A stretch of DNA of 64,000 nt from Azolla caroliniana. Its lineage: Eukaryota > Plantae > Polypodiophyta. Position 1 is the stretch's first letter. Each line of letters opens with the position of its first letter. A program made the position numbers and the translations under genes. Location of the stretch: contig JBHGNT010000006.1 of assembly GCA_043228905.1 (NCBI GenBank), positions 13,268,001 to 13,332,000 on the forward strand, written 5' to 3'. Under the pieces are notes generated by a model, which saw nothing but the letters and a program-made list of their open reading frames with translations, did not search any database and was not told the DNA's origin. Below are positions 50,846 through 62,276 of the stretch, in pieces.

Positions 50846-53800
50846 CTATATTCCGGTATTTGGTTCGGCATCGGCCTTTCCTTGTTCAAATGGGTTCCTC
50901 GGCATGGGTCCCTTGTATGGCTTTAGTCGAAATCCATTGACCCACTTACCCAGGACTTCGTCGACAAGTGTCCCTAACTGGTAGGATCCATTGAACTCGC
51001 GTGTGATCCAGTACGGTCCGGTCCACCGAAACCGTAGTTTCCCCGGCATCTTTCCCATCCGGGTCTGGAACACTAGTACCGGCTTGCCGATTCCAAACAT
51101 CTTTTCATTTCCTTTTCGGTGGCGATCCACAAACGCCTTTCTTCGCCACTGCTCTAGTTCTAGGTGCATGATACTTGCTAGTTAGTGTTTTTCTAGTTCA
51201 CACAGAGCTGCTAACCGAATTGCCTCCGATTCCTTTTCGTTTAACCGTTCCCTAATCTGAATCCGCAAGCTCGGGACCTGGAACTCTACCGGCATGACGG
51301 CCTCCAATCTGAATGCTAGCCGGAACGGTGTGGTTTGGATGCTTGTTTTGTAGGCTATCCGGTAAGCCCAGAGTGCATTGTGCAATTTCGTATCCCAGTC
51401 TGTCCGGTTTTCGTTGACGATTTTCCGAATGATATTCTGTAGCGTTTTGTTCATCGACTCGGCTAACCTATTTGCTTGCGGATAGTATGGCGTGCTCCGT
51501 TTATGCACCACGGCATAGAACGACGTCAAGCTTTCCACCACTTGGCCGAGGAAGTGCCCTCCTTGGTCACTTATTAGCTTGATCGGGCATCCATACCTAC
51601 ACCAGATGTATTCATACAAGAATTTCGCCGTCGACGCCGCGGTGTTGTCGCACAAGGCTTTGGCTTCTACCTATTTCGTGTAGTAATCCGTAGCTACGAT
51701 CACATACTGGTTGCCGGTTCTCATTGCCGGTGGTTTGAATGGACCCACAAAGTCCAACCCCCATTTCTGAAATGGTTCTAACAGCAGTACCGGTTGGTGC
51801 GGCATCCTAGCTTGTTCAGTTGGCTGGCCCATTCGCTGACATAGATCACATTCTTTACTGTACCGGACCGCGTCTTTCAATGTTGTTGGCCACCATAGGC
51901 CACTTTGCCATATCTTCCTTGCCGTAGCATCTCCGACGTAATGGCCTCCGGCGACTCCGCAATGTGCTTCTCATAGTATTATATCCTTCTCGTTGCTGCG
52001 CACCGCCCGTCGCCATATACCCTCCGCGCCTTTGTGGTATAGCATGTCTCGTACTAAACAGAAGTGCCGGCTTTGTACCGCCAGGCGTTTCCTCTCGTCC
52101 CGATTCATCTCGTCCAGAGGTAATTCGGTGCTCAGAAATTGTTGCATATTTGTCAACAACTTATCTTCTTGTGCCACCGTTTCATGTGTTGCCGTTTCCG
52201 CGGTGACCCGAAATAGCTCAACATCCGAAAACTCGTCCGGGACTCCATCACCAGTCTCGCCGGAATCTAACTGGCTCAAATAGTCTGCTACTACGTGCTG
52301 TATGCTGGGTCGGTGGAATATTTCGAACTCAAATTCCCGCAACAGTAACGTCCACCGTGCCAACTTACTAGTTAGTGACGCTTTGGAAACTAAATAGAGG
52401 AGTGCCGAATGATCTATGTGGAAGGAAAATTTCCTTCCAATCAAATAATGTCTGAACTTTGTCATGCTGTAGATCATGCCCAAAGCTTCCCTTTCCGTGG
52501 TGGAATAATTTCGTTTTGCTTGGGATAACTTTCGGCTTGCTTAATACACGGGCTGGTACCACCTTGGCTCCGTAAGTTGCATCAGCGCACTTCCGATTGC
52601 AATGTCAGATGCATCCACGAACACATGAAACTCCTTAGCCCAATCCGGGGGTTGCACTACTGGCGCTTGCGATAATAGTACTTTGAGTGCCCGATACGCC
52701 TTGTCTTCGGTGTCGGTCCATTGGAACGATGTTCGGTGTACCGCAGCATGCAACGGTGTAGCCAGGTCCGCCAGATATCGGAGCATTCGGCTATGCCACC
52801 GGATTTGGCCTAAGAAACGACTTAATGCCTTGGCCATTGTTGGTGCCGGTGCCTCCAAGATTGCTTTTACTTTGTTCGGGTCCACGACAATTCCTTCCTT
52901 GCTCACAATGTGTCCTAATAGCGCCCCGCTTGACACTCCGAATACACACTTTGCCGGATTCAAGCTTAGCCGGTAAGCCTGACATTTCTCTAGACATAGC
53001 CGGAGGTGCTGAAAGTGATCTCCTTCCCGACTATAGACGGCGAAGTCGTCCAGAAACATTTGCATGAATGCCGGTATGAATTCTCCGAATATTTCCATGA
53101 TGATCCTTTGGAACGTTGCCGGGACCGTTTTTAGTCTGAACATCATTACTACGGCAACAAACACTCCCCATTCAATGACGAAAGTTGTTTTCTCCTGGTC
53201 ATCGGGGTGCATCCGGATCTGGTTGTATCCACTGAATTTGTCTAAGAAACTGTATGCCTCATGGTCGGTGACTGCGTCCAAAACTCCATCCGTAAATGGG
53301 AGTGGGAATGCATCTGTTACCGTCGCCGCGTTAAGCTTACGGTAGTTGACACAAACTCTAATTTTGCCGTTTTTCTTTGGTACGACTACTATCGGGCTCA
53401 ACCATGTAGATTTCTTTACTAGGCGGATAAAGCCAACCCTCAGCAACTTGTCGATTTCCTCCTTGACTTTGGTGGCGTAATTTGGATTCATCCGGTACCG
53501 TCGCTGTGCTACCGGTTTGGCGTCTTTGCTCAAATGTATCTGATGCTGATATAGCTGAGGATCGAGCCCTCGCATATCCTCGTAAGACCAGGCAAACACG
53601 TCCCGAAATTCTTTAAGAAGTGTAATCATCTCCGTTTTGTTCTCCGGAGTCATTTCCTTGGCGATGTGCACCGCTCTCGCCTCTTCCGTAGTTCCTAGAT
53701 TCACCTCCTCTAGTTGGGATGCTTTAACCCGTTGCGATACGGCCATTTCTCTTTCCAGCGCCTCGAGCGCCTCCTGTGCTTGCTGTAGCTCCCAGATCAC

Positions 53801-56068
53801 TTCTTTATTTGGTTCCTCGTCGGCTCCGTCTGGTGGCAGTATGTATGGTGATACGACTTCGGCTACGTCGATTTCGAACAGAGGTACGATCTTCGGATTA
53901 TCCTGCAAGTATTGATCTACCTCTTCGTCTGCTAATCCGTCCAGCATATTGATGCATTCGGCATATAGGGGTGTCAATTCCTTCCCGGTACCCGTTCGTG
54001 GTTGTGTCGGTACCCGTACTTTTGCTTTTCCCCGCCGGAAGGTGATTATATTCTTCCTCTAGTTTTGTTTAATGCGCGCCGTTTTCAACCACGGTCGCCC
54101 CAACAATAGTGGGTAAGCTCCTTCTGCCAGTAGTTGTAGCACTACTACTGAGATGGGAAATGTGTGGCCACCGATCGTTACATCCAAATCTCGTATCAAG
54201 CCGGTCGGTCGCACTGAGCTTGTATCTGCCATCCGTAGCCAGAACGGGCATGGTTCCCACTCTTGGATTCCCAAGGTTTTGCACGTTCAGAGGCTAATCA
54301 CATTAACGCCGGATCCTCCATCTATTACTGTTCCCGGTAACTCCTTTCCGTTCACAATGGCTGTAATCGCCAGACTATTTGTGTCTACTACCGTCGGTTC
54401 CTCCTCCGGATTTGAGAAGAATGTTGGAGCTGGTGGTGTTTCTCCTGCCGTCATGCCTATCTTGAGTCCTTTTGTGAATCTGGGCACTAGCTGCAGGAGC
54501 CGTCCTAATGGCAGCATGATTTGGCATTCCTGCAATGCCTGCCATGTCGCATTTTCGGGCTGACTACAGTCGGCGAGCTCTTTGGTATTTTCCTTTTGCT
54601 GCGCAAGCTCTGCCATGTTTCGCACATTCGCCTTTTTTACCCATTCGGTTGCCTGTTTGCGGATGGCCTCTTGCACCTCCCATTCCGTCGCCTTACCCTT
54701 CGATCTTGTGGTTGCCTGCTGCAGGTCTGCGACTTCGGCGACTACCATATTCACCACCGGTCGTTTATCATAGCTCTTTGCCAGGCATTGATAACTATAA
54801 TGTCCTTCTTGTTGACAATAGTAGCAATATGCTTTCCGGGAGGTGCTAGATTCAGCGTTGTTTCCTGCTCCCAGTGGAGGACCTGTGGTAACGGCGGGGC
54901 TTTGATCCGGTTGGCTGCTTGAGGCACCCTTCTCTGGTTCCCGTAGGTGACCCCTTTTCTTGAAATAGCGTTTCTTTTTGTTCCGATACTCTTGACGGGG
55001 TTGCTCATCATGTTTGCCGTAGGCTTCCTGTCGTTGGTTGTAACCAGGGGATTGGTCCCGATTGTATCTTTCATACCGTCCCTTGTAATCCCGGTACTGA
55101 TCATATCTCTCATACCGGTCAGGGTTGTCCCTGTACCAGACATCCTGTGCCGGTTGGCATCGCTCTTCGCGCCTCCAACGTTCTTCTTCCTCCTCCTTGG
55201 TACTCCGTGGTTCGATTTGCCGAACCGGTGGTGCTTGGCGATTCAACAAATTGAACTTGCACTGCTCCATTGTGTGGTTCCTGGAATGGCATAGTAGACA
55301 TTGCGACCGCATGGTACATTCTAGTGCTGAGTGTTCGGCATTTAGGCATGTTGTGCATTGAATGGCCTGTCGAAACCGGAGATCCTCATCGGTTGGTAAT
55401 GCTCGTTGGAGTGCTCCCATTGTTAGCCAAGAGCTTGTTTTCTCCATTTCTCTAATCCGGTCGATGACCTGGTCGACGGTACTTGTGCGAAAGTCGATGA
55501 CCGTGCATACCGTCCGTAGAGGTTCCCGGAGTGCGGCTAAGAATATAGCCCGTGTTTCTTCCTCCGAAGGTGCTCGGGTAAGCTGACTGTGCATCCGTTG
55601 AAACCGGATGACAAACTACGGAATGCTCTCCCTAGGGTCCTGCCGGATGGTATAAAATAGGCTCACCATTTCTCTCTGGTCCACCTCCTTCTGAAAGAAG
55701 TTCAAGAATTTAGCGTTCAGGTCCGCAAAGGTGGTGATGGTGCTGGGGTCCTGCGTCCGGTGCCATCTGGCGGCCGGTCCTTCCAATGTCACGCTGAATT
55801 CGGCTATCTTAGATCGTTCCTCTTCGGCTGCAGTTAACCATTGTGACACATGGTTCGCCTCCCATGTTTGTTGAAAAGTGTGAACATGAGCCTTCGCGTC
55901 TGGGTCATCCCGATACTTGGGGTACTGGAACGACATGTTGTCGTCCGGTGTTGGTGCGCGGGCTGGCGGTGTCGGTGGTCTTTCCTGCTCTTCCGTCGGC
56001 TTCGGAGGTCGTTGCTGGTTCTCTGTTGGAGTCGGAGGTCTTTGCCGGTCCCCCTTCGGTGTTGCCAG
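50846..56068 (-). pseudogene. gypsy G gag-pol (gag N-terminus at 61768-62239), disrupted by stops
   Basis: gag 55616-55936 and 54287-55594 (CYYCQQEGH); PR VIDGGSGVN / LLLGRPWL; RT 52541-53977 (FLDD); RH FVDASD; INT PFQKWGLDFVGP, ISDQGGHF, WTGPY; no chromodomain seen. Confidence 0.95.
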
Positions 56069-56505
56069 CTCGATGTTGGCTGGTCAAAAGAGCAAGGACA
56101 AGTGGGAAGGCGGATCGGATAATAGGAAGTAATAGTAGAATTATTATTCGGAGGGACGGATTCGGTACAGTTGTACTGATCCGGATCCGAACCGATTCGG
56201 ATGTCGGTTGCCTAAGCGCACCGATTGTAACCTTGCCGGATGCCTATAAAAGGATCCGATGATTTGTAAAGTGTTTGGACGGAAGTAATACAATAGTAAT
56301 TATTGTGTATTTATCTGTATCTCATATTGTTTGCCGTCCGTGCTTAATTGTAATTATCTTATGCGTGTAACCTAGCATCCAATCCTTACCACCCCTTTGG
56401 AGAAGTGTCGGGTAGACACTTGTGTTGAGGCTAGTCCGGCCAGACAGACAACACTATTTTGGCGACCACGATTCCTGCAAAGTGCAGAGGACAACCCGGG
56501 GATGG

Positions 56506-59500
56506 ATGTCTAGACCAAACGACGACCACATCACCGAACGAGGGAGACAATACACCGAACGCGAGCAACGACGGGAAGCCCTGCAGCAAGCCGTCGACGA
56601 GATCTGGCGGGATCGGTCATTCTCCAAAACTCTTCGGAGAGTCGCAGAAGAAGCACTACAGTTCCGGGTTCTGCAAATCCCCGACGAAGGCAGTAGCATA
56701 ACAAGCCTGCAAGAGGCGGAAACGATACTGCAGACGCTCGCCGCGGGCGACGGGGACTCGGAAGCATTCGCAACACTTGAGGCGGAGTCGGAAAGCGACG
56801 GAAGCGTTGCATCCCGGTATAAAAGTAGCCACGACACACCAAACGACCGGGAGGACGAGGGGTCGGAAGACTCAGTAACACCGGCGCCAGAGGAAGAAAT
56901 AACCCTGGAATTCGGTGACCGGCAACCGCCGAGGAAGGCTGACCGGATACCGACAACAACCGCGAGGGAACCGAAGGAGCGGATACCGACAACAACCGCG
57001 GAGGAACCAACGGACCGGACACCGGCAACACCCGTGGAGGAACCAAAGGTTCTCACACCAACGCCAACAACGGACAGAGAATGGAGGGAACAGGAGAGTC
57101 AGTTGGACGACACGATGCCGTACCCATACCCAAAGTACCGGGATGAGGCCGACGCGGAGGCACACGTGTACGCATTCCTCCAAACATGGGAAGCCAACCA
57201 TATCTCCCAAAGACTGACGGAGCCCGAAGCCGAACGATCCAAAATCGCCGAATTTGGCATAACCTTAGAAGGACCGGCGGCCCAATGGCACGCAAAGCAC
57301 TTACCAGGCACCTTTGCCACATTCGATGCCTTGAAGGCCAGATTCCTCAGGTTTTTTCACAGACAATTTGAGCAAAGGGAATTGGTTGGGCAGTTCTACA
57401 CCACCCGGCAGGAAGAGAACGAGACTATGCCACAATTCATCATTCGGTTCCAGACCCTGCACAGCCAACTGACAAGAGCACCACCCGAAGACGAAGCCAA
57501 AGCAGTCTTTCTGGCCGCACTGAAAGAGCCACTTCGAACAATGTGCGGAGTCCTTGATTTCCAAACCAGCACAATGGACCAAGTTATTGATCGGGTTTTA
57601 GAAATGGACAAGACTAGCCCCTTCTTGTCGATGGGGATGTTACACCGGGCACTCCCAAAAGAGGAAGACCTGAGGTTCCGACAGGCCTTACAATGTACAA
57701 CATGCCTAAATTCGGGGCACTCAACAGTAGACTGCACCCTGCGGACACAATGTGTGATCTGCAACTCTCGACCCCATACAACGGACCGATGCGAATACAA
57801 CCTGTTAAATCGGCAGGCAGCACCGGTTCGACACATAGAACCGTGCAATCAGAACCCGGATGAGGATCGATTCCGGAGAGACGACCGCTACCAACGCGAA
57901 CGCGGTAACAGATACGCTGATAGAAGACGCGACAACTATGATCGAGAGGAGAGACGTAGAGATAGCTACCCCCGGGACCGGTACAACAGAGACGAATCCC
58001 CGGAAGACGACAGACGCGGAGAAGAGAGGCGACAAGGATACGCTGATAGAAGACGCGACAACTATGACCGAGAGGAGAGACGCAAAGAAAGCTACCCCCG
58101 GGACCGGTACGACCGAGACGGAGCCCCGGAATACGACCGACGCGGAGAAGAGAGGCGACAAGGGAACTGAAATTTCCGACGGAATCAGAAGCGTGGATTT
58201 TTCCGAAGAGAGGAACGTCGGGAGGCAGCAAGGAATGACAACCCGGTATCCGTACCGGATAACCGAAAAACCGAAGACGACCGCCGGAGCATACCCACCC
58301 TCCAAACCGGGGACAAAGGAGAAACGAGCAACAGTCACAAGGTGTACTGTTATTACTGCCGCAAGGAAGGCCACTATAGTAACCAATGCCCAAGCAAAAG
58401 CTATGACAAGCAGCCGAAAGTCAACATGGTTACAGCCGAAATAACAGAAGTACAACAGGTCACAACCCGATCAAAGGGAAAGACCGCCGAGTGGGAAGCC
58501 CAGGAGGCAATCAGAAAACAAGTGACACAATGGATCAAGGAGGCCAATGAACAGAATGCGGCGGAAGTAAGAGACCAAAATATGCCAAAAGACGAAGAAA
58601 TCATACAGCCAGGAGAAAACCCGACGTGGCAAGCGCTACAGGACTGTCAAATCGTGCTGGCGTTAGCACGACTACTACAGTTAGTGCCACGATTTACGGC
58701 AGATCTACAGGCATTCGTTAGCAAACCGAAGCCGACGCCAGCACCGGCATTCTTCTCCAACCCGGAGGAAGGACCAGCGGTGGTCGATACAAGTAGCCCG
58801 GCGATCACGACAATCGTGAAAGGAAAGGAAATTGCTGGAACGATTATTGACGGAGGCTCCGGGGTAAATGTCATCAGCCAACAGACATGCAACGACCTGG
58901 GCATCCGGGAATGGGAACCATGCCCCTTCTGGTTACGCATGGCGGATACTAGCTCAGTCCGACCGACCGGGCTTATCCGGGATTTGGAAATCACGATCGG
59001 AGGTCACGTATTCCGGATATCGGCCGTGGTGCTGTAGCTGAATGTACAAGGCGCGTACCCCCTACTGCTAGGACGACCATGGCTGCGAACGACGCGTATC
59101 AAGCAGAACTGGCAAAAGAACATGATCACATTCCGGCGAGGGAAAACAAAGGTACGAGTAACGACGCAACCACGGGTGATCACCAGTAAGGAAGCAACTC
59201 CATTGTATGCGGAAAGCATTAACATGTTGGAGGGATTACCGGACGAGGAAGTCGAGCGGTACCTCGAGGAACACCCACGAATCGTCCCACTATTTGAGGT
59301 GGATATCACGGCGGCAGTAGAACCGTACATTACGACGCCGGAAGAACCGGACCAAGCGGCGATCCGGGAACTACGACAAGCGCAGGAATCCCTAGAGAGG
59401 GAAATGACGATATCCCATCGTGGTCGCCAAAATAGTGTTGTCTGTCTGGCCGGACTAGCCTCAACACAGGTGTCTACCCGACACTTCTCCAAAGGGGTGG

Positions 59501-61332
59501 TAAGGATTGGATGCTTTTATCAGCCTGGCTTAAGTGAGCAAGGCCACCCCGAAATCGGAAGAACAAAGCCACAATGGCTGAGATGGCTTTCGGAGCAGTT
59601 ATCGGGAGTAGCGGACCAGTTAGAGAAAGAAGAAACGTGTCGGCAACAGCTGACGCATACAACAACTCAGGAGTTGGTCGCGCTCCGAACACAGATCGAG
59701 GAAATGCAAGGGGAGCTGTTGCAGGCAAGGGAAGGAATTCAACAAGCACAAGCTGTCACCGAGCCGGTCGGGACAACAAGGAAGCAACCAGAACCGGAAC
59801 CGGTAGCCTTGCAAACCGGCCCTGAGACCGAAAAAATAATAGAAAACTTACGAGAGGAGTTACAAGCTCAGGAGGCATTAAGGGAAAGAGAAAGGGAGCA
59901 GCGGAAAGCGGTGGAGGATGACAGACGAAAAATGGAAGAAGGCCTCCGGAAAGGTCGAGCCGCTAATGACCGACTGCAAGAAGAAAAAGAGAAGCTGTAA
60001 AAGGAGAAGGACCGACTACGTCGACATGCCGAACAAGAGATAGAACGACTGCAGGAAGAACTCCGACAACAGAAGGACCGGGACGATCGGTTAAGAGCTC
60101 AGGCAACCCGACGCCTGAAGCAGAAGACGGAGGACTTCGACCGTCTCTACCGAGATCACAAGCAGGCCGAGTCGAACAACAAAAAACGAGCAGCAGACTA
60201 CGACCGGCAAATAGAGAAGCTGAAAGAGCAGCTCAAAGAGACCCGATTAGACCTGGCTAAGGCGATGGATGAGGTCAGTGCCAACAAGGAAGCATTGTCG
60301 GCGGAAATAGCCCAAGCAACGGAGAGAAGGAAGGAATTAGAGGCGCTAAGGCGGGAAAAGCTGGACCTGACCAAGATCAGGAATGAAGAAAAGGAAAAAT
60401 CGACCTTCACGATCAGCAAACTGCAGAGTACCTATGAAAAGCAGAAAGTAGATTACGAGGCCCAGGCTCAGATAATGGCCGACATTATAAAACGGGCAAG
60501 GAAGGAAAAGCAGGAAGCTTATGCGCATGCTAAGGCAGGAGTTGACCGGATCAAGCTCATCATGTCAGGATGGAGTACCCGAGCTCAGGCAAGTATCAAC
60601 GAAAGTACGGAAAAACTATGGAAGGAGTGGTCACAACAGGCAGCCGAGCTGCAGACACTCCGAGCGGATGCCGAGAATCGGAAGAAGACCGGTGACAGGT
60701 TCTATAAGATGGATGAAGAAAGTATCGTCACCATTCGGGAGGAATTGTCGGAGGATTTCTACACTTTAGCAGAAGAACACCTCAAAGAAATCCGAGGGTT
60801 GGTAGAGAGGTTGGATGACGGGCAGCTCGCAACTCAGTTGGAGTTGGAGAGATACGAGCAGGACTGGTTACGACAGGAAGCTAAGGAAAGAACGACGCCA
60901 ACCACTATTGGTGAGGGAACGCGACCGGCTGAAGATGAACCAACCGACACCGAACAACCCCGACGAGGAATACCTGAAGACGAACTTGAAGAAGAGCAGT
61001 AGCGGACCGATGCCGGAGAAGAAGAAGAGCTGAGACCAGAAGACACCAGAGCAGAGGAAGGAGGCATATCAAGTCGACCAGTCGAGACCGGAGAAAGCGA
61101 CACCGGTAACAGAACAGAGCCAGGAACGGAGGGAGAACAGGAAGAACCCGGACGAAGCGGTGAGGAAGCACCGGCACCACGGAATCAAGCAGAGCCGGAG
61201 CAGAAATGTTTTACGGAACAACCTACCCAACAGGAGGTCGGAGACCAGGCAGGCAAGGAACAGGAACAGGAGGAAGAAGCACCACTTGACACTATCGAGC
61301 AAAGTGTGCTCGATATTTTGGAGGAAGACTGA
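56506..61332 (+). pseudogene. H single-frame Gag-PR-coiled-coil fusion (~1608 codons) with four point stops
   Basis: ORFs starting at 56422, 58342, 59122 and 60265 share one frame; stops at 58168, 59035, 59998 and 61000 are each explicable by one C>T change; RT/RH/INT absent. Confidence 0.88.
59412..59515 (-). repeat. Inverted internal copy of H's own U5 + PBS
   Basis: 59417-59515 is the reverse complement of 56374-56472 (1 mismatch). Confidence 0.95.
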
Positions 61333-62237
61333 GGCCGGGTGTGGATTCGAAGTGCAAGGCACTTTCCCACGGGCGTGCCATGTGTTGGCCGGTCAAAAGA
61401 GCAAGGACAAGTGGGAAGGCGGATCGGATAATAGGAAGTAATAGTAGAATTATTATTCGGAGGGACGGATTCGGTACAGTTGTACCGATCCGGATCCGAA
61501 CCGATTCGGATGTCGGTTGCCTAAGCGCACCGATTGTAACCTTGCCGGATGCCTATAAAAGGATCCGATGATTTGTAAAGTGTTTGGACGGAAGTAATAC
61601 AATAGTAATTATTGTGTATTTATCTGTATCTCATATTGTTTGCCGTCCGTGCTTAATTGTAATTATCTTATGCGTGTAACCTAGCATCCAATCCTTACCA
61701 CCCCTTTGGAGAAGTGTCGGGTAGACACCTGTGTTGAGGCTAGTCCGGCCAGACAGACAACACTCGACTTCCGGTGTCGGAGGTCTTTCTTTGTCCTCTT
61801 CCGTCTCCGGAGGTTGCTCCACGTCTAATGCCGGAGGTTCCCGGTCTGACAATTTTGGTTCCGATGTCAGTAATGTATCCAACTCCTCGTCCTCCGGTCT
61901 TTCTGGGGTGTCGTTACTGCTGCGATAGTTCGTGTGCGCGCTGTAACCCCTTTCTGAATCCGATTCCAGCGCCGAAAATGCTTCGGATTCGCCGGCTCCT
62001 CCGGCCAATGCCTGGAGAAGGGATTCCGCTTCCCGGAGACTGCTTAAGCTACTTCCTTTGTCCAGGTAGGCGTTTTGTTGCAGACGGAGCGACTCCTCCG
62101 CCACTTTCCGGATAACTTTGGAAAATGATCGATCCGATCGGATTTCTTCTGCCGCTTGGTGGAAAGCCTCTCGCTGCCTTCACCGTTCAGCAAGTCGACT
62201 TGCTCTCTCCGTAACCGGGTCGTCCGTTGGCCTAGTC

Positions 62238-62276
62238 ATCCAAAGGTCGTGGGTTCGAATCCCGTCGTGGTCGCCA
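62238..62276 (+). other. 39-nt tRNA 3'-half copy forming an extended PBS of G
   Basis: ATCCAA-AGGTC-GTGGG-TTCGAAT-CCCGT-CGTGGTC-G-CCA maps to tRNA positions 38-76 including CCA; resembles tRNA-Arg. Confidence 0.85.

Larger units (their letters stand above)
56074..61762 (+). mobile_element. Non-autonomous gypsy element H (G/I-related) nested in G gag
   Basis: 380-bp LTRs 56074-56453 and 61383-61762 (3 mismatches by eye); TSD CTCGA; PBS TGGCGACCACGA 56460-56471. Confidence 0.97.
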
